Assembly: GCA_004022145.1 (NCBI GenBank)
Contig: RCNU01000002.1
Length of the DNA: 64,000 nucleotides
Direction: 5' to 3' (one strand)
DNA from: Paecilomyces variotii
Lineage: Eukaryota
Shown: positions 1-12,299 of the stretch, in pieces
Layout: every line of letters starts with the position of its first letter
Position numbering within the stretch: the first letter of the stretch is position 1
The notes under the pieces: model-generated
Told to the model about the DNA's origin: nothing
The model's database searches: none
What the model saw: the letters and a program-made list of their open reading frames with translations, nothing else
Position numbers and translations under genes: made by a program

Positions 1-1712
1 GGTTCAAATTGGAGGAAGCTACCATTGATGAAATGCAAATAGCTTTGAGCACGGGTCAACTGACCAGCATGCAATTACTAAATTGCTATTTGGATAGGAT
101 ACATCAGGTAGACAGCTATCTCAGGTAACGGGAATCATTGCATCATAATCATTAGAACGCAGCGTTTGCTGACCCCCTACTGGCCAGTTCAATACTTGAG
201 TTCAATCCGGACATGTTCAAGCTGGCAGAGTCACTGGACAGGGAGCGGTCCGAAGGCCATGTCAGAGGCCCTCTACATGGCATCCCGTTTATCGTCAAGG
301 ATGTCTTTGCGACAAAGGATCGCATGCAGACTACCGCTGGCAGCTGGGCTCTTCTGGGATCAGTCGTACCGCGCGACGCCCATGTGATTTCTCGTCTTCG
401 CTCAGCGGGAGCGTTGTTGCTGGGAAAGGCAGCATTAAGCGAATGGGCCGATATGCGTAGTAATAATTACTCTGAAGGATATTCTCCACGCGGTGGGCAG
501 TGCAGGAGCGCTCATAACTTGACAGTGAACCCTGGAGGCAGCAGCTCGGGGTCAGCTGTCGCTGTGGCAGCAAATCTTGTTGCCTTTTCCTTGGGAACAG
601 AAACTGACGGGAGTAGTAAGTTGGTACCCGGATACAAACGGCCATTGCAAATGAACCCATTAAGTAACAGCTGAATAGTTATCAATCCTGCACTGCGAAA
701 CAGCATTGTTGGTATTAAGCCCACCGTGGGCTTAACGTCTCGTGGAGGTGTCATTCCCGAGTGTTCACACATGGACAGTGTCGGAACGTTTGGTCGTACC
801 GTTACTGATACGGTGTATGCTCTTGATGCCATCTATGGCCCAGATCCTCGAGACAATTACACCCTTGCCCAGGAAGGCAAGACGCCCCAAGACGGCTATA
901 GCCAATTTATATCCGATCAGTCAGCTCTCAAAGGAGCAGTTTTCGGGCTACCCTGGAAGTCTTTCTGGGCTCTGGGCGATCCGGATCAGATATCACAGCT
1001 GTCGGAATTAGTGCGCCTTATTGAGGAGGCCGGTGCCACGATTATAAACGGTACGGAACTTCCCAATTACAAGACTATTGTGTCTCCCGACAAATGGGAC
1101 TGGGACTACGGCACGACACGAGGATATCCCAACGAATCTGAATATACCGTCGTCAAAGTCGACTTCTACAACGACATCAAGAAGTATCTCTCTGAGCTTG
1201 AAAACACCAACATCCGCTCGTTAGAGGACATAGTACAGTACAATATTGACAACGTAGGCACCGAAGGTGGTCTTCCAGGAATCCACCCAGCTTTCGGCTC
1301 CGGACAAGATGGCTTCCTCGCTTCTCTCGAGACAAAAGGTGTCATGGACGAAACCTACTTCCAAGCTCTCTCTTTCTGTCAGCGTTCTACGCGGGAGGAA
1401 GGCATAGACGCAGCACTCAATCATAACGGGACCAAACTCGACGGTCTCCTCGTCCCTCCGGAACCAGGTCAGGCAGGCCAGATCGCAGCCCAAGCAGGGT
1501 ACCCACTGATTACGATACCTGCAGGTATCACCACCGAATCAGGAATGCCGTTCGGCCTGGCAATCATGAATACTGCGTGGTCGGAACCAGCCCTGATCAA
1601 GTTCGCGAGCGCCATTGAAGACCTGCAGCGTCATTCGGGGACTAAGTATAAGCGATCTCAAGCCACGTGGAGGGGATATATGCGGCGCAATATACCCGTT
1701 ATTAATGCATGA
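1..1712 (+). CDS. Amidase signature family protein (5' end outside window; introns about 125-187 and 616-678)
   Basis: RGPLHGIP..VKD (catalytic Lys), NPGGSSSGSAVAV (Gly/Ser-rich amidase signature) and LGTETDGS (catalytic Ser) in ORF 213-674, spliced through GTAAG..TAG intron to ORF 726-1712 (IINP..GIKPTVGLTSR). Confidence 0.9.
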
Positions 1713-3002
1713 TTCATATGTTTGCATCTTCGTACATGGACTAGAAATGAGGAAAGAGGTGTCTATACATAGGCTATTATGTTGATACTGCATAACCATT
1801 TGTATGTATGTGTATAACAAAGCCTAGACTACAGAGACAAAAATAGAAGCTAGTTTGGGATACAATATCAAAGTTCTCAAACTTTTTGTTATACAAGAAA
1901 ATATTGTTACTTATCCCCCATAACCTTCCCATGTTAGTAGCGACATAGCCCTCATCAAACAATAGAGTCATTGTCCGCAGGCCCCTAATATTATCGCTTC
2001 TCTCGTTGTCACGGCATCATCTAAATAGCTGAACAATCAGACCTTGGAACCCGGAAAATCTTCATGCAACCTTATCAGCTGACAAGTAAAGAGCGGATAT
2101 TTTCTTTCGTCGATAAGTTCTGCCGAATTCGGAAAATCGTTCTATAGCAACACACTCAAATCCTCAGCTAGTTATCGCGGAAGCTACAAAAAAAACACAT
2201 CTTATCAGCAATACATAGGAAGTCACTATGTGCTCTTTCTTACCTTTCTCCCAGGTTCTCTCACATAGCGCATCTTGCGCCACTTGCCATAGTTAGAGGA
2301 CAAAAACAGGGATCTTGTCCACTTCCCATTCCAATTCGCCCTGCCTGTCCGAGGGGCTCCCTGGGCAGTATGTACATAGATTGGACTGATGAAGTCTTTG
2401 CGGAAATTTCTAAGACTGTTGTATTATTGTATATTTTTTTGGTGGGATTCAAGTAGTCTGATGCTTGGATTGTCTAGTAAGTTCAGACTAATTTATCATT
2501 GTGGGTGGAGCTCGATAAGGGGAAGTCGTGGGGGAACTCTGGCAGACTTTGTGGTTAGGTGGGGAACCGAATAGGATATGTATTTAATTGATTTTTCTAT
2601 CTGGGGATGCTACGCCCAGTGAAAAAAAAGGGGTTTTCTTAATGTTAGGTCTATGGCAGGACCCGACGATCTGTGAATACTGCTGAGTTTTGGCTACTGT
2701 GAATGAGTCAAGTCATGTCGATATATCACGAGAGGAGAGATATCAGGAGTACATTAGGCGGGTTTTCTATAGTTTCTTTCATATATGGTTTCTATTTCTA
2801 GTATATTTCTATCTGGTTCATATATAGAGCATAGTCAAACTCGAGACCCTTTTTGCTGGACCCGTAACAATCATTCCAGGTGAAATTCTTTCAGTACATA
2901 TAACGCCATAGCACCCCATCAAGCCCAGTTTGTCCCGTTCTTTTAAACGTAAAGACATGAAAATAAAAGAGGTATATCCACGCAGAGAAGCACTCTATTT
3001 AC

Positions 3003-3952
3003 TTACTGATGCTTTTCGTCCGGGGTACTATCGGCCAGAGCCTGGAATAGCTTCACCAGCGCCATGGCGGATCCTGCCGCTAAACCTCCGACTATTACCA
3101 TCTGCACTCCACCGATGACTCCGCGGCGGATGTTACCTGCTCCTTTCCAGCCACTAACGTAGCAGGTCTTTCCGTAGCCGAAGAGGAACAGGGTGACCGC
3201 CATGGTAGCTATGGACCAACGCAGAGCGATGAAAGCGTCGTGAGGGCCGACGAAGAAATATGGAAGCAGAGGCACAAAACCGCCGATGAAATAGCCCAGA
3301 GCAATGGTGATGGCGCAGACAACGGCTCGAGACCCGGATGGCTCCGGGAGAGTATGATGGAAGTTCATGAGGAATGAAGGGAGATTGGGGGATTCAGAGA
3401 GGTGGGTGGTGAGTTCGCTCAGAAGGTTAGATGGGAGGTCGTAAGGGGCGAATATTTGTGAAATGATGCCGTCGACGGATGACGGGTCTGTCACCGTCTG
3501 CTCGCGGGTCTCTTTTAACGTTGCTTTATATGATTCCCTACAGGCCTTGTTAGCATCTGGCTCCATCCTTCATATAGACCATGACGGTCTTACTCTTCAC
3601 TCTTGGCTCCCAGATATCCACCCAATCCCATGGAGATGGCACCAGCGATTAGTTCTGCCATTCCGCCAAAGACAACCACTTTCGTGTCGCCTAACGCAGA
3701 CAAGCCCGCTGTGAGGGCGAATGGCACCGTCATGCCATCGGACAGTCCAATGATAGCATCTGACACAATCCTCGCATCAACGATCTTGAAGCTGCTCTTC
3801 TCATTGTGCGTTGACGATGTTGCGGTCGATTCCAGGTCTTGGAGCTCTTTCCGGAAGGGGATATGGACATCTTTCTCAGCGTCTCTGGACGGCGACTGCT
3901 CCCCCAGAGGGGAGTAACGGGAGAACATCCCCTTGAGCAGGGCCAACGACAT
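3003..3952 (-). CDS. cccA: Vacuolar iron/manganese transporter, Ccc1/VIT1 family (intron about 3538-3593)
   Basis: DAIIGLSDGMTVPFALTAGL and AELIAGAISMGLGGYL are VIT1/Ccc1 hallmarks; second exon has GYFIGGFVPLLPYF. Start at ATG 3952 is a best guess (frame is open to 4114). Confidence 0.88.
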
Positions 3953-6209
3953 GGGCGATTTGGTCTGCTCGTCGTGTGCTGCTGGATTGCGCCGTCTGTG
4001 ACGAGTTGAATCTGCTTTGGACTTGGGGAAAGGACCCAACAGCTCTGGGAATTCGTCCAACAACGGAGAGGAAAACAATGGCTGTCCGCTGGGTTCTGAC
4101 CTCAAGGATGCCATGTCTATTTCTTTCTTTTTTCCTTAAAAGAGGAAATCCTCGCACTGACCTTTCAGACAGCGGCTCATCTTGCGGTGCCACCGGGAAC
4201 AAGCCGTGAACGTGAGATAACCACTAGTTTATCACATCTGGACCAGATCCGAGGCCCGCAGAGAAAATGTCTCGTGGAGCCCTTTTGCCAGATATCGATT
4301 CGGGTCATTCCGCCTCGTTAAACAGAATGTATGACGGCGTTGAACGTGAGCCTATCGAGTGCAGAACGTGATATGAAGAATCATGGCCTGCCAAGATCTT
4401 TGTCAGGGTCGGGGCCTCCATAGCCAAGTAGTAGTATTAGCGGCGCATGGAAGACGGGGAAGATACAGTATACAGATGGCGACGGCCCGTTAATATCGCA
4501 CGTTGGCGGCATTGGCGTGTCTGATTTGACGGCTGCCGCGATCGCGCTAGAAGCTTTAGTAGACGGTAGATGAAGCTTCGGCGGGGAAGAAAACGCTTGT
4601 CTAGTTCCTCAAGTGGGATTCCCGCCTATCACACGCCCGCAGTTTCCAAGCTGAGGAGCTGTAGTAGTAGTACGTAGTAGCATTAATTAGTATATCTTCT
4701 TTTTGTTAGTAGTATACCACTTCAACCACCTTTTGCTTGGATCCCCCCTTCGACATTCAACTGCCGAATCATCCGAAAATGGGTCTAATGTCCAAGCTAG
4801 TAGCCCACGTGGTACTACTACGTTGTAGTATGTAGGCTTGACAACAGAGATCGATCGAGATCCAAATCTGTAGAATCAAGGACGAGACTAATTTATTCAA
4901 GAGTCATGTCATGGTTGTCGATGTATTTATATCCAGATTTCGCCTCACATGCAGACATCGACAAGTGCTCCACGATAAGACAAGACGGCCAGGAAGGAGA
5001 GACAATGGAGTCTAGGTACTCTTGCTATAACACTTATCTCGACCCTGGCTTTACTTGAGAGACCAGACTGAATGAAATAATATAGGATCTTCAGAATCAT
5101 TCGTTTATTATTACAAACCTCAAAAATGCGGGTCCTGCTATTCTTTAATTTCCGTCCAACTCACTTCTTTTTCTTTTCTTTTCTTTTCCTTTTTCCTTTT
5201 TTTGTTACTCGAGCCTGATTATTATTATCAACTTTGACGACTATAGTGGTTTTCTTAACCATGTCCTCCCCGCGCTGGAGGATAATCTCACCTACACTGG
5301 AATTTCCGACGGACAAAATATCACCTACTATGTCACCCTCATGTCCCCTTACATCGCATCCCACAAACACCCTGATCAACGACCAAGGAATCATATATGT
5401 CTCGAGTTTCGCATACGCACAGAGCTCCATCCTGCATTTCCTTCAGGAAGTTGAGGTCTGGGGGTCTGAAAACCCGCGTCCAGTGGACCAAGATCTTTGA
5501 ATAACGTCTTTGGCAATTAGAGAAACCACTCCTCAGAAGCTCTATACTCCCGTCTGTCCTGTCTAGTACTGGACGCAGCCGGAGCCATATTTTGAGCTAA
5601 ATACTTTAGAATGAAGATGATTAATTACGCGAGTTTGTCATGATGGATTTTTGCTATTCCGAGAGGAAAAAGGATGTTGAGAGGATTAAATGGGACGCTG
5701 GATTCGATTTTGGGAAATGAAGAGAAGGTAAAAAGTGATACACACGATTCGATTCGACCTGATGATATGTTTATGATGAAATTTTTGATTGATCTTGGAT
5801 GGAATAAGAGTCTTTCGACCAATGAGGTGCAAGGTCACCTTGGTTACTGATCCCCCTCGGGCAAGTATGCACTTCAAAATTCTCAAAACTAGGTAACTTG
5901 ACTATCAAGTCAAGTGAAACAGCCGAAACCAAAAAGGCCAGGTACCAACATGCACTGTCCAGATAAAACCCGCTGATGCGAGGGAAAAAAAAAAGATGAA
6001 TAGGAATGATGTATTTACAGAAATTACAACGCTTTAGAATGAACAAGAAGAGAATCCTGCTATGAGGGGCCCGAACGCCGTGGTTCCTTTTAGATCAACA
6101 ATTCAAACTGCTCAGGGAACGGTCTGCGGAGAATATCTGCATAGAAAACGAATGCCGTTAGAAGGATACGTGGTGAAGAAATACGGCACGGGGATACTAT
6201 GTGCACTCA

Positions 6210-6618
6210 CTACTTTCTCTTCGATGCTTCCGCTCCGGATCCGTTTCCCCAAAGCCGGCTCTTGTAAGCTGGGAAGGAGGTGTGGTTCCACATGTTGACG
6301 AGAACACTAGATATCACGCAGTGCAGGTTAGCTTCCTGATTCCCAAGAATAAAACTAAATTGCTCCCTGGATAAGGAGTGCGTCTCTGGATGTAACCCAC
6401 CTCTGGCTGCGATCCCTGTACGCCTCATCGGTCAACTCCTTCACTTCGACTTTGAGGCCGTCCTTGTTGAACATGATATGCTTCTTCTCCATCTTCGCTC
6501 TTGTCTGGTTGCTGACCTCCTGTATGATGCCGTATGCGACGAAGCCAACGACGGCGATGACGCCGATGACGACAAAGAGGATCAGGAGGGGAACGAGGTT
6601 CTTCAGTCCGACGGCCAT
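6210..6618 (-). CDS. Small single-pass membrane protein of unknown function (intron about 6308-6401)
   Basis: ATG at 6618, hydrophobic N-terminal helix (LVPLLILFVVIGVIAVVGFVAY), GT donor after RSQ, GCTAAC branch point and AG acceptor joining to VLVNMWNHTSFPAYKSRLW..stop 6210. Confidence 0.65.
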
Positions 6619-8015
6619 TGTTTGTATGTAACGATGATGGCCTCAGGTTTCAAAGATGAATGTCCGGTATAGTAATCCAGTAGTTGATATAATCACTAGC
6701 GAGGGGCAGAGACGGATGCGGGGGATTGGCGATAGGCGATCGGGTGGAGTTTCGTAGATGTGAAAATCGTTTCTCGTTCTGTCCCGCGTTGCAAGGAATA
6801 TCAGATCGGAGTGGAGGATTGATGATGACTGGTGCAGTGTTTTGTTTTGTCTCGTTGTTTCTGCGAGAAATCTACTGTTAGTGGGTTGGGTCTCAAAATC
6901 TCTTTTGTGTGTTCAGGTGGGCGGCGAGACAGAGTTGTTCCTCGTGACGAATTTAAGGTAACTAAAAGGGATGCGAACCTACTGCAATACGTCACGCGAG
7001 TAGCTGTATGAAGTATCGCTCTGCTATATCAACTCCACCTGACAGGAGCGACAAACAATCAAAGAGATATTCACACTTGAAGCGAGCACAAGAAATGGAG
7101 AAACACCACGAGATTTATCAGGCACAATTTCGACCGAGTTTGGCATCCGGATGACTGTCCCTTAACTGGGGGAGTGGGGCCATGGTAGGGCTTGGTTGAT
7201 CTAGCGTTGAGGCTGCCAGCAAGTGGCCAGGATAGTTCGTTCCTTAGCATCATCCAAGGTTCCAACTTCCCAGGCTTCTTGAACTGTTCCTTACCAGCAG
7301 CTTCTCTTTATCATCCATGAATTAATTCCTTTTGAGCTAATTCTTCTTCATAACCATCTTCAGGATACGAGGACCATCATCTCTTCACCTTATTATGCCT
7401 ACCCCTTCTGAACAACGCAGGCCTATGGTACAGACAATTTAACCTGCCGTACGCGTTCGGCGGTTCGCCCCCGGATCAGCAAGCCACAATCCGGTTCGTG
7501 AACTGCGCCAGCCACAGTGGACCCCGGTCCCTGGCCCCGAGGAATTCCCTCACGTCCAACTCCACGACCGCAGTGGTAGAGCAAAACAAGAAAAACTTGC
7601 GGCCAGCGCATGGTATTATTGCTAGTGGATCATCGTTATCATTTACCCGCGGGGATTTTCGTTTTGTTTGCTCCTCGTGTTCCTTCTGATTAGCGCCACG
7701 ATCATGTTCTGTGGCGCAGCACCCTAAACTGCGCCGGCCCTGACGCCGCCCATGCCCTAACTCTAGGCATTTCCATTTTTAGGCTTCCCTGTGGTACACT
7801 AGTCTCTAGGGCTTATGATTTATGATTACGGAGTACAGCAAACACACGCCAGATAACGATGTTGGAGGAGGGCACTCGTAGGACGTCATCACGGGTGTCA
7901 GGTAAATCTGACTTGGCGTCATGCAGGGACAAGATGAGCTGGTAGCGGGAAATGAATTCTTCAAAGTGAGTTCATATGCAATGCATAGCCACGAAATATG
8001 CTGACTTTTGTTCAT

Positions 8016-9697
8016 TCAAGGATAGGCCACATCGTAGCCGCTCTTCTTTCGAATCAGACTTCCGTACTTGAAGAATAGCCACGGAACAGGAAGGAGTGCG
8101 AGAGAGACGAAGGCCAAAAGGCTGGTGGCCCAATCGATCCCCAGCTTCTCGTACACTATGGACATCACGAGTATTAGCCTACCTATCGAGCATCTGACAA
8201 CAAATAAAAGATGAAGGATAGGGGACCAGGCTTACTCTGCACCGTAAATAGCGGGAAGGAACCGCCCAGCATGTACCGCACGATTCCATTCGCAGCCATC
8301 GCGGATGCGCCGTTCAGCGGTCCATACACGTCTGTCAGGTATAGCGCACATGAGGTCTGCCAAAAGCGTCAGGGAAGAGTCTCCTTGATAAAGATAGCAA
8401 TGTCAGGAACTCTCACAAAGGTCAGTAGATTTCCACATGCAAAGAAGACAGTCGCTATGACGCAGCTGATCCAGTGAATATCGGCGCGGGCAGTCCAGGC
8501 AAACCAGAAGAGCCCGACTGTCAAAAGGACACTTCCCAGCATCGCACCATATAAGCGATTCTCTGGGGCAATAGTACCATCACCGCCAGCAGCACGATTT
8601 CGCAAGGCGCGTCTAATGTACGCGAAGTCGTCGATAATTAGAAAAATTGCGGCAGCCGCCGCGCATCCCGCCGATAAACCAAGAAACACTAATCCTGCTT
8701 CGCCCACTGAAAATTTATACAGACCACGGAAGACCAGAGGGAATGCGGCGAAGAAGCAGAAGAGGACAGAGAAATTGAAGCCGACGTACAAAGAATACAG
8801 TCCCACAATTGGCTCGGTCAGAATCATATGGATCGGTCTCGCCAGAGTGACGGTCAGAAGGAATTTGATCGCAGGTAGACCCTCTGGTATAGGACTGCGC
8901 GGCAGCGGTTTACCCAGTTTCTTCAACCGTTTAGCCAGGATAATCTTTGCGTACGTTTCTTTTGCCCCCAGTGAGTATATCCAGACGGCCGCCCCGAGAA
9001 ATATAGTAGTCCATTGCGTCCATCTCCAGCCTTTGAATTCGGCTACGTAACCGCCGACTGCGGGTCCAAGAGCTGGTCCCAGGAATGGGGCTACTAGAAA
9101 CAAGGATACCGCTCTTGCGCGATGCATCGGTGCCCAAATGTCGAGATTTGTCCCTGCTCCTACTGCCAATGGAGGTGACCCTAGTATACCGGCAAGTAGC
9201 CTGCAGATCAGCAGAGAGGCCAAGTTCTGGGAGAAGCCAGCTCCCAAAGTAAACATAAGAGAAATAGGCATGCAGAATATATAGATGAACCGCCGACCGT
9301 AGGTCTCGCTGAGAGGAGCAGCAATCACTGGACCACAAGCGAGACCATATGTGTATAGTGTAATGGGCAGCAATGCCACGGTATTGCTGACTTGAAACCT
9401 TTCTGCAACCTCTGCATCACTAGGCGAGTATACAGACGAACCAAACGTCCTAAGCAGTGTCAGAAATGCAGATATAGTTACAGCTGGCGTTTCTCCTACT
9501 CACACTGCAAGGCCCATGAGACCGGGAATTGACATTGTATAGGCCTTTTTCCATATTCCCCAGTTATGAGGATTTTCCGGGTCATCTGGGCCATCAAAAG
9601 TTATCTGCGACGGAGGCTGATTCGAGGTATTCGAGGACACACTTGGTTGTTCTGCCGACTTCTCAACATCTACTGTCCGGCCGTGATTTTCGCCCAA
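8016..9697 (-). CDS. MFS multidrug transporter, DHA1 family; possible cluster exporter; start codon irregular
   Basis: FDGPDDPENPHNW, PLSETYGRR, GPALGPAVGGY, WRWTQW, ETY, RPIHMILTEPIV and PENRL motifs; introns near 9450-9503, 8358-8416 and 8148-8235; stop TGA at 8016-8018. Confidence 0.88.
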
Positions 9698-10292
9698 TCT
9701 TGTCTCGCTTGCGGCAAGAGAAAAGAAAAATTACAATAAACAGGTCACCTCGTAATACGAATTGTTTCATTAAGACTGGGTAATGTCCTATACGAAGATA
9801 AATATGGGCCGCCATGCCGTTTCGACGGGGAAAATACTTTCAAACTTCATTGTCTGCTGGTGAGTCTTGGAAATAAATTTCATCTCTTCCGCAGCGCGGC
9901 TGTAGAATTCGCGTCTGGCCGTCGAGTTTCCTGGGTGGATTGGGCTTCTTACTGACACTGCAGGGTCGATGATATATATACTCTAGAACACATCTCTCTG
10001 CTGGCCGTGTCTCACGGCTCTCCACGTACGAGTCACACCATCGGGATCGCTTTCCCACGCGGGTTACTGTAAGGAAGGGTTTCATTCAATCATGACGTTA
10101 TCGGGATGGACCTTCCTAGCTGATTCGGAATCCGGATATATTTTCTTGACGACCACAGTCCACCCCTCGAGTGACGGCCTCGCTCCCATGAGGGAAATAT
10201 GTCTTTTCGACACGGAGGAGCACTGCGAGATGTAATCACGTGGAACCAGCACAGGCCAACTCGGGGTAAACGAAGCGAATCGACGCTATCTA

Positions 10293-10834
10293 GGGGCATA
10301 CAGCTCGGCGTGGTTCCAAAAAAGCTCCGCGTGGTTCTAAATTTTGCCCATTTCTTCCGCCTTCCTAAAGCAATCACTGGAACCACGCTGAGCTTTTTCT
10401 TGGCATAGGCTCGGCATGGTTTGAAACTCCCTGGAACCACGATGAGATTTTAGCGCCTATCCGAACCACGCTGACCTTTCTAGCCCTAAGCCCTAATTCC
10501 CTAATTCCCTAATTCAAAAATTCCCTAAGTCCCTAAGTCCCTAATCTGCCTAAAACCCCTAATCTTTTAGGCCCTAATAAGGGCATATGTTAAACATATA
10601 CATAGCATATGCGCCAAAATTTATGAGGCATATGTTAAGTATATCCCCAGTATATGCTCATTAACCTATAATTATATAACACTAAACCAGATAGGTCAGC
10701 GTGGTTCCAGCATTTTAAAAGGGTTAGACTATAAATCTCAGCGTGGTAGCAGTAGGGCGTTGCAAAGGCGGGGAAAAACGGCAGTATTTAGAACCACGCT
10801 GAGAGATTTTAGAACCACGCCGAGCTGGCACCCC
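10293..10834. mobile_element. Non-autonomous DNA transposon (MITE-like) with imperfect terminal inverted repeats
   Basis: Left end GGGGCATACAGCTCGGCGTGGTTCCAAAAAAGCTCCGCGTGGTTCTAAA matches the reverse complement of the right end (GGGGTGCCAGCTCGGCGTGGTTCTAAAATCTCTCAGCGTGGTTCTAAA); flanks GCTATCTA / GCTATGTA form a near-perfect 8-bp direct repeat; about nine GAACCACG-type subterminal repeats; no transposase ORF. Confidence 0.75.
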
Positions 10835-10916
10835 GCTATGTAGATTTTGAATGACCACTACTACCTGTGACTAAGCCCGGTCGGGCTTTCGGTAATCGCG
10901 GAGTCGGAACGTGTAC

Positions 10917-11223
10917 TAGCGGTGGTATTTGAAATTCAAAATTTCATGAATTTCATAACTTTTTAGGTATTGAATTTCGCAACGAAAAAGTTTTTTGAAA
11001 TTTGAAATATGCTAAAAATTAGTCTCTACTAATAGCTTATCTAGGAAATTAATAAGCGAGATTTCCTTAATTTGTGGAACTTGATATTCTCGCTTAATTC
11101 CCTGGTTTATTATTAGCGCGCCCTATATATAGTCTGTGTGTAATGCATTGCAAAAGGAAAAAAAAGGTAAAATGTCAGCATTTTATGAAATTAAAATCAA
11201 ATTTCTAAAATGCACTATCCCTA
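10917..11223. mobile_element. Second degenerate MITE-like element, hAT-like ends
   Basis: Begins TAGCGGTGGTATTTGAAATT; right end reads TAGGGATAGTGCATTTTAGAAATT on the minus strand; flanked by ACGTGTAC / ATATGTAC (8 bp, differing only by C>T and G>A transitions); AT-rich interior with repeated GAAATT. Confidence 0.55.
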
Positions 11224-12299
11224 ATATGTACAAACGATGCCAGACCTTAGGATTAAGCTCTTTAGCGGCGACAGCCTCTCTGCCCGCTGTGAGCGTTGAT
11301 CCCCGCAAAGATCCTCTTAATTACCTCATATAATAGCATAGAATTAAATAACAGAAGATTTATTTACAGATTAAGCGTAGGCCCTACCCTTTCACTGGTG
11401 AGGATATAATTAATATATTCACCGGCTTCGACAGGATTGCTGGGATTTTTCCAGCTTCTTGCAGATGTATCCCATTAGCGATCTATTTGTCGAAATAAGG
11501 TTTTACCTCAGGACAAGTAATGGATCCATTGGGGCGGGCCATCCAGGGCTCTGGGTCACACGAACCACTCAGATAATTCAGGTGCTCAGACCGCCAAGAC
11601 GCCGTCCCTGGACTTTCTGCTCAGATACGGTGATTCGCCACTGAGTAGTATGGATATTATCGTCTCACTGGCTAGTTTCATCGGGTCGTGCGTCTCTAGA
11701 TCTGAACGGATAATCGGGCGAGCGAGCATCGGGGTAAGAAAATGGATAATTGCTCCTCGCCTGCTGCCTTCCAATCACAGTACCGGTCGGCACTGTGGCC
11801 GATAATTCTGATCATTCATCGACTCAAGATGACTATTATTGTTTTTTGCGCTTCTTGTTCTCTTCTTTTCTTCATTCTATAATCCCCACCTTTCACGGTC
11901 ATCGTCTGATCACGGTGGATTCCCAGGCAGGGTCGTGGCCGAAGACTGTTGATCGTAGGGTGGGCAATGAGTTCGGTAAAGTCCGGTAACATATGATGGA
12001 CCCGCTATGGATCCAAACACGACAGGGAGCTTGTCTCCCGCTCGGGGCCATACCGGATCGGCGCCAGGTAGTGGAGCCTATGGCGGGACTGCTAGACCAG
12101 GATACATGATGCAAAGAACTTGATATGCTCAGTGAATCTTGTAGCAGAGGCAGGTCCAGAGTAAACCAAGAAGGCTATGAATGCTGTGACTGCCATTCAG
12201 GAACTGGCGTTGTTCCCTACTACCCATTGTTGCAAGCCTGTGAGATCGAGAAACTGTGCCCATGTTTTCATTCACTTTAATGTGTTTATTTTGCTCTGT

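Noticed and set aside
7071-7420. Purine-rich minus-strand stretch resembling a decayed gene
   Set aside because: Stops in all frames and no family motif; cannot support a pseudogene call.
11640-12120. Short ORFs between the MITEs and the TA-rich tract
   Set aside because: No transposase, reverse transcriptase or enzyme motif recognised.
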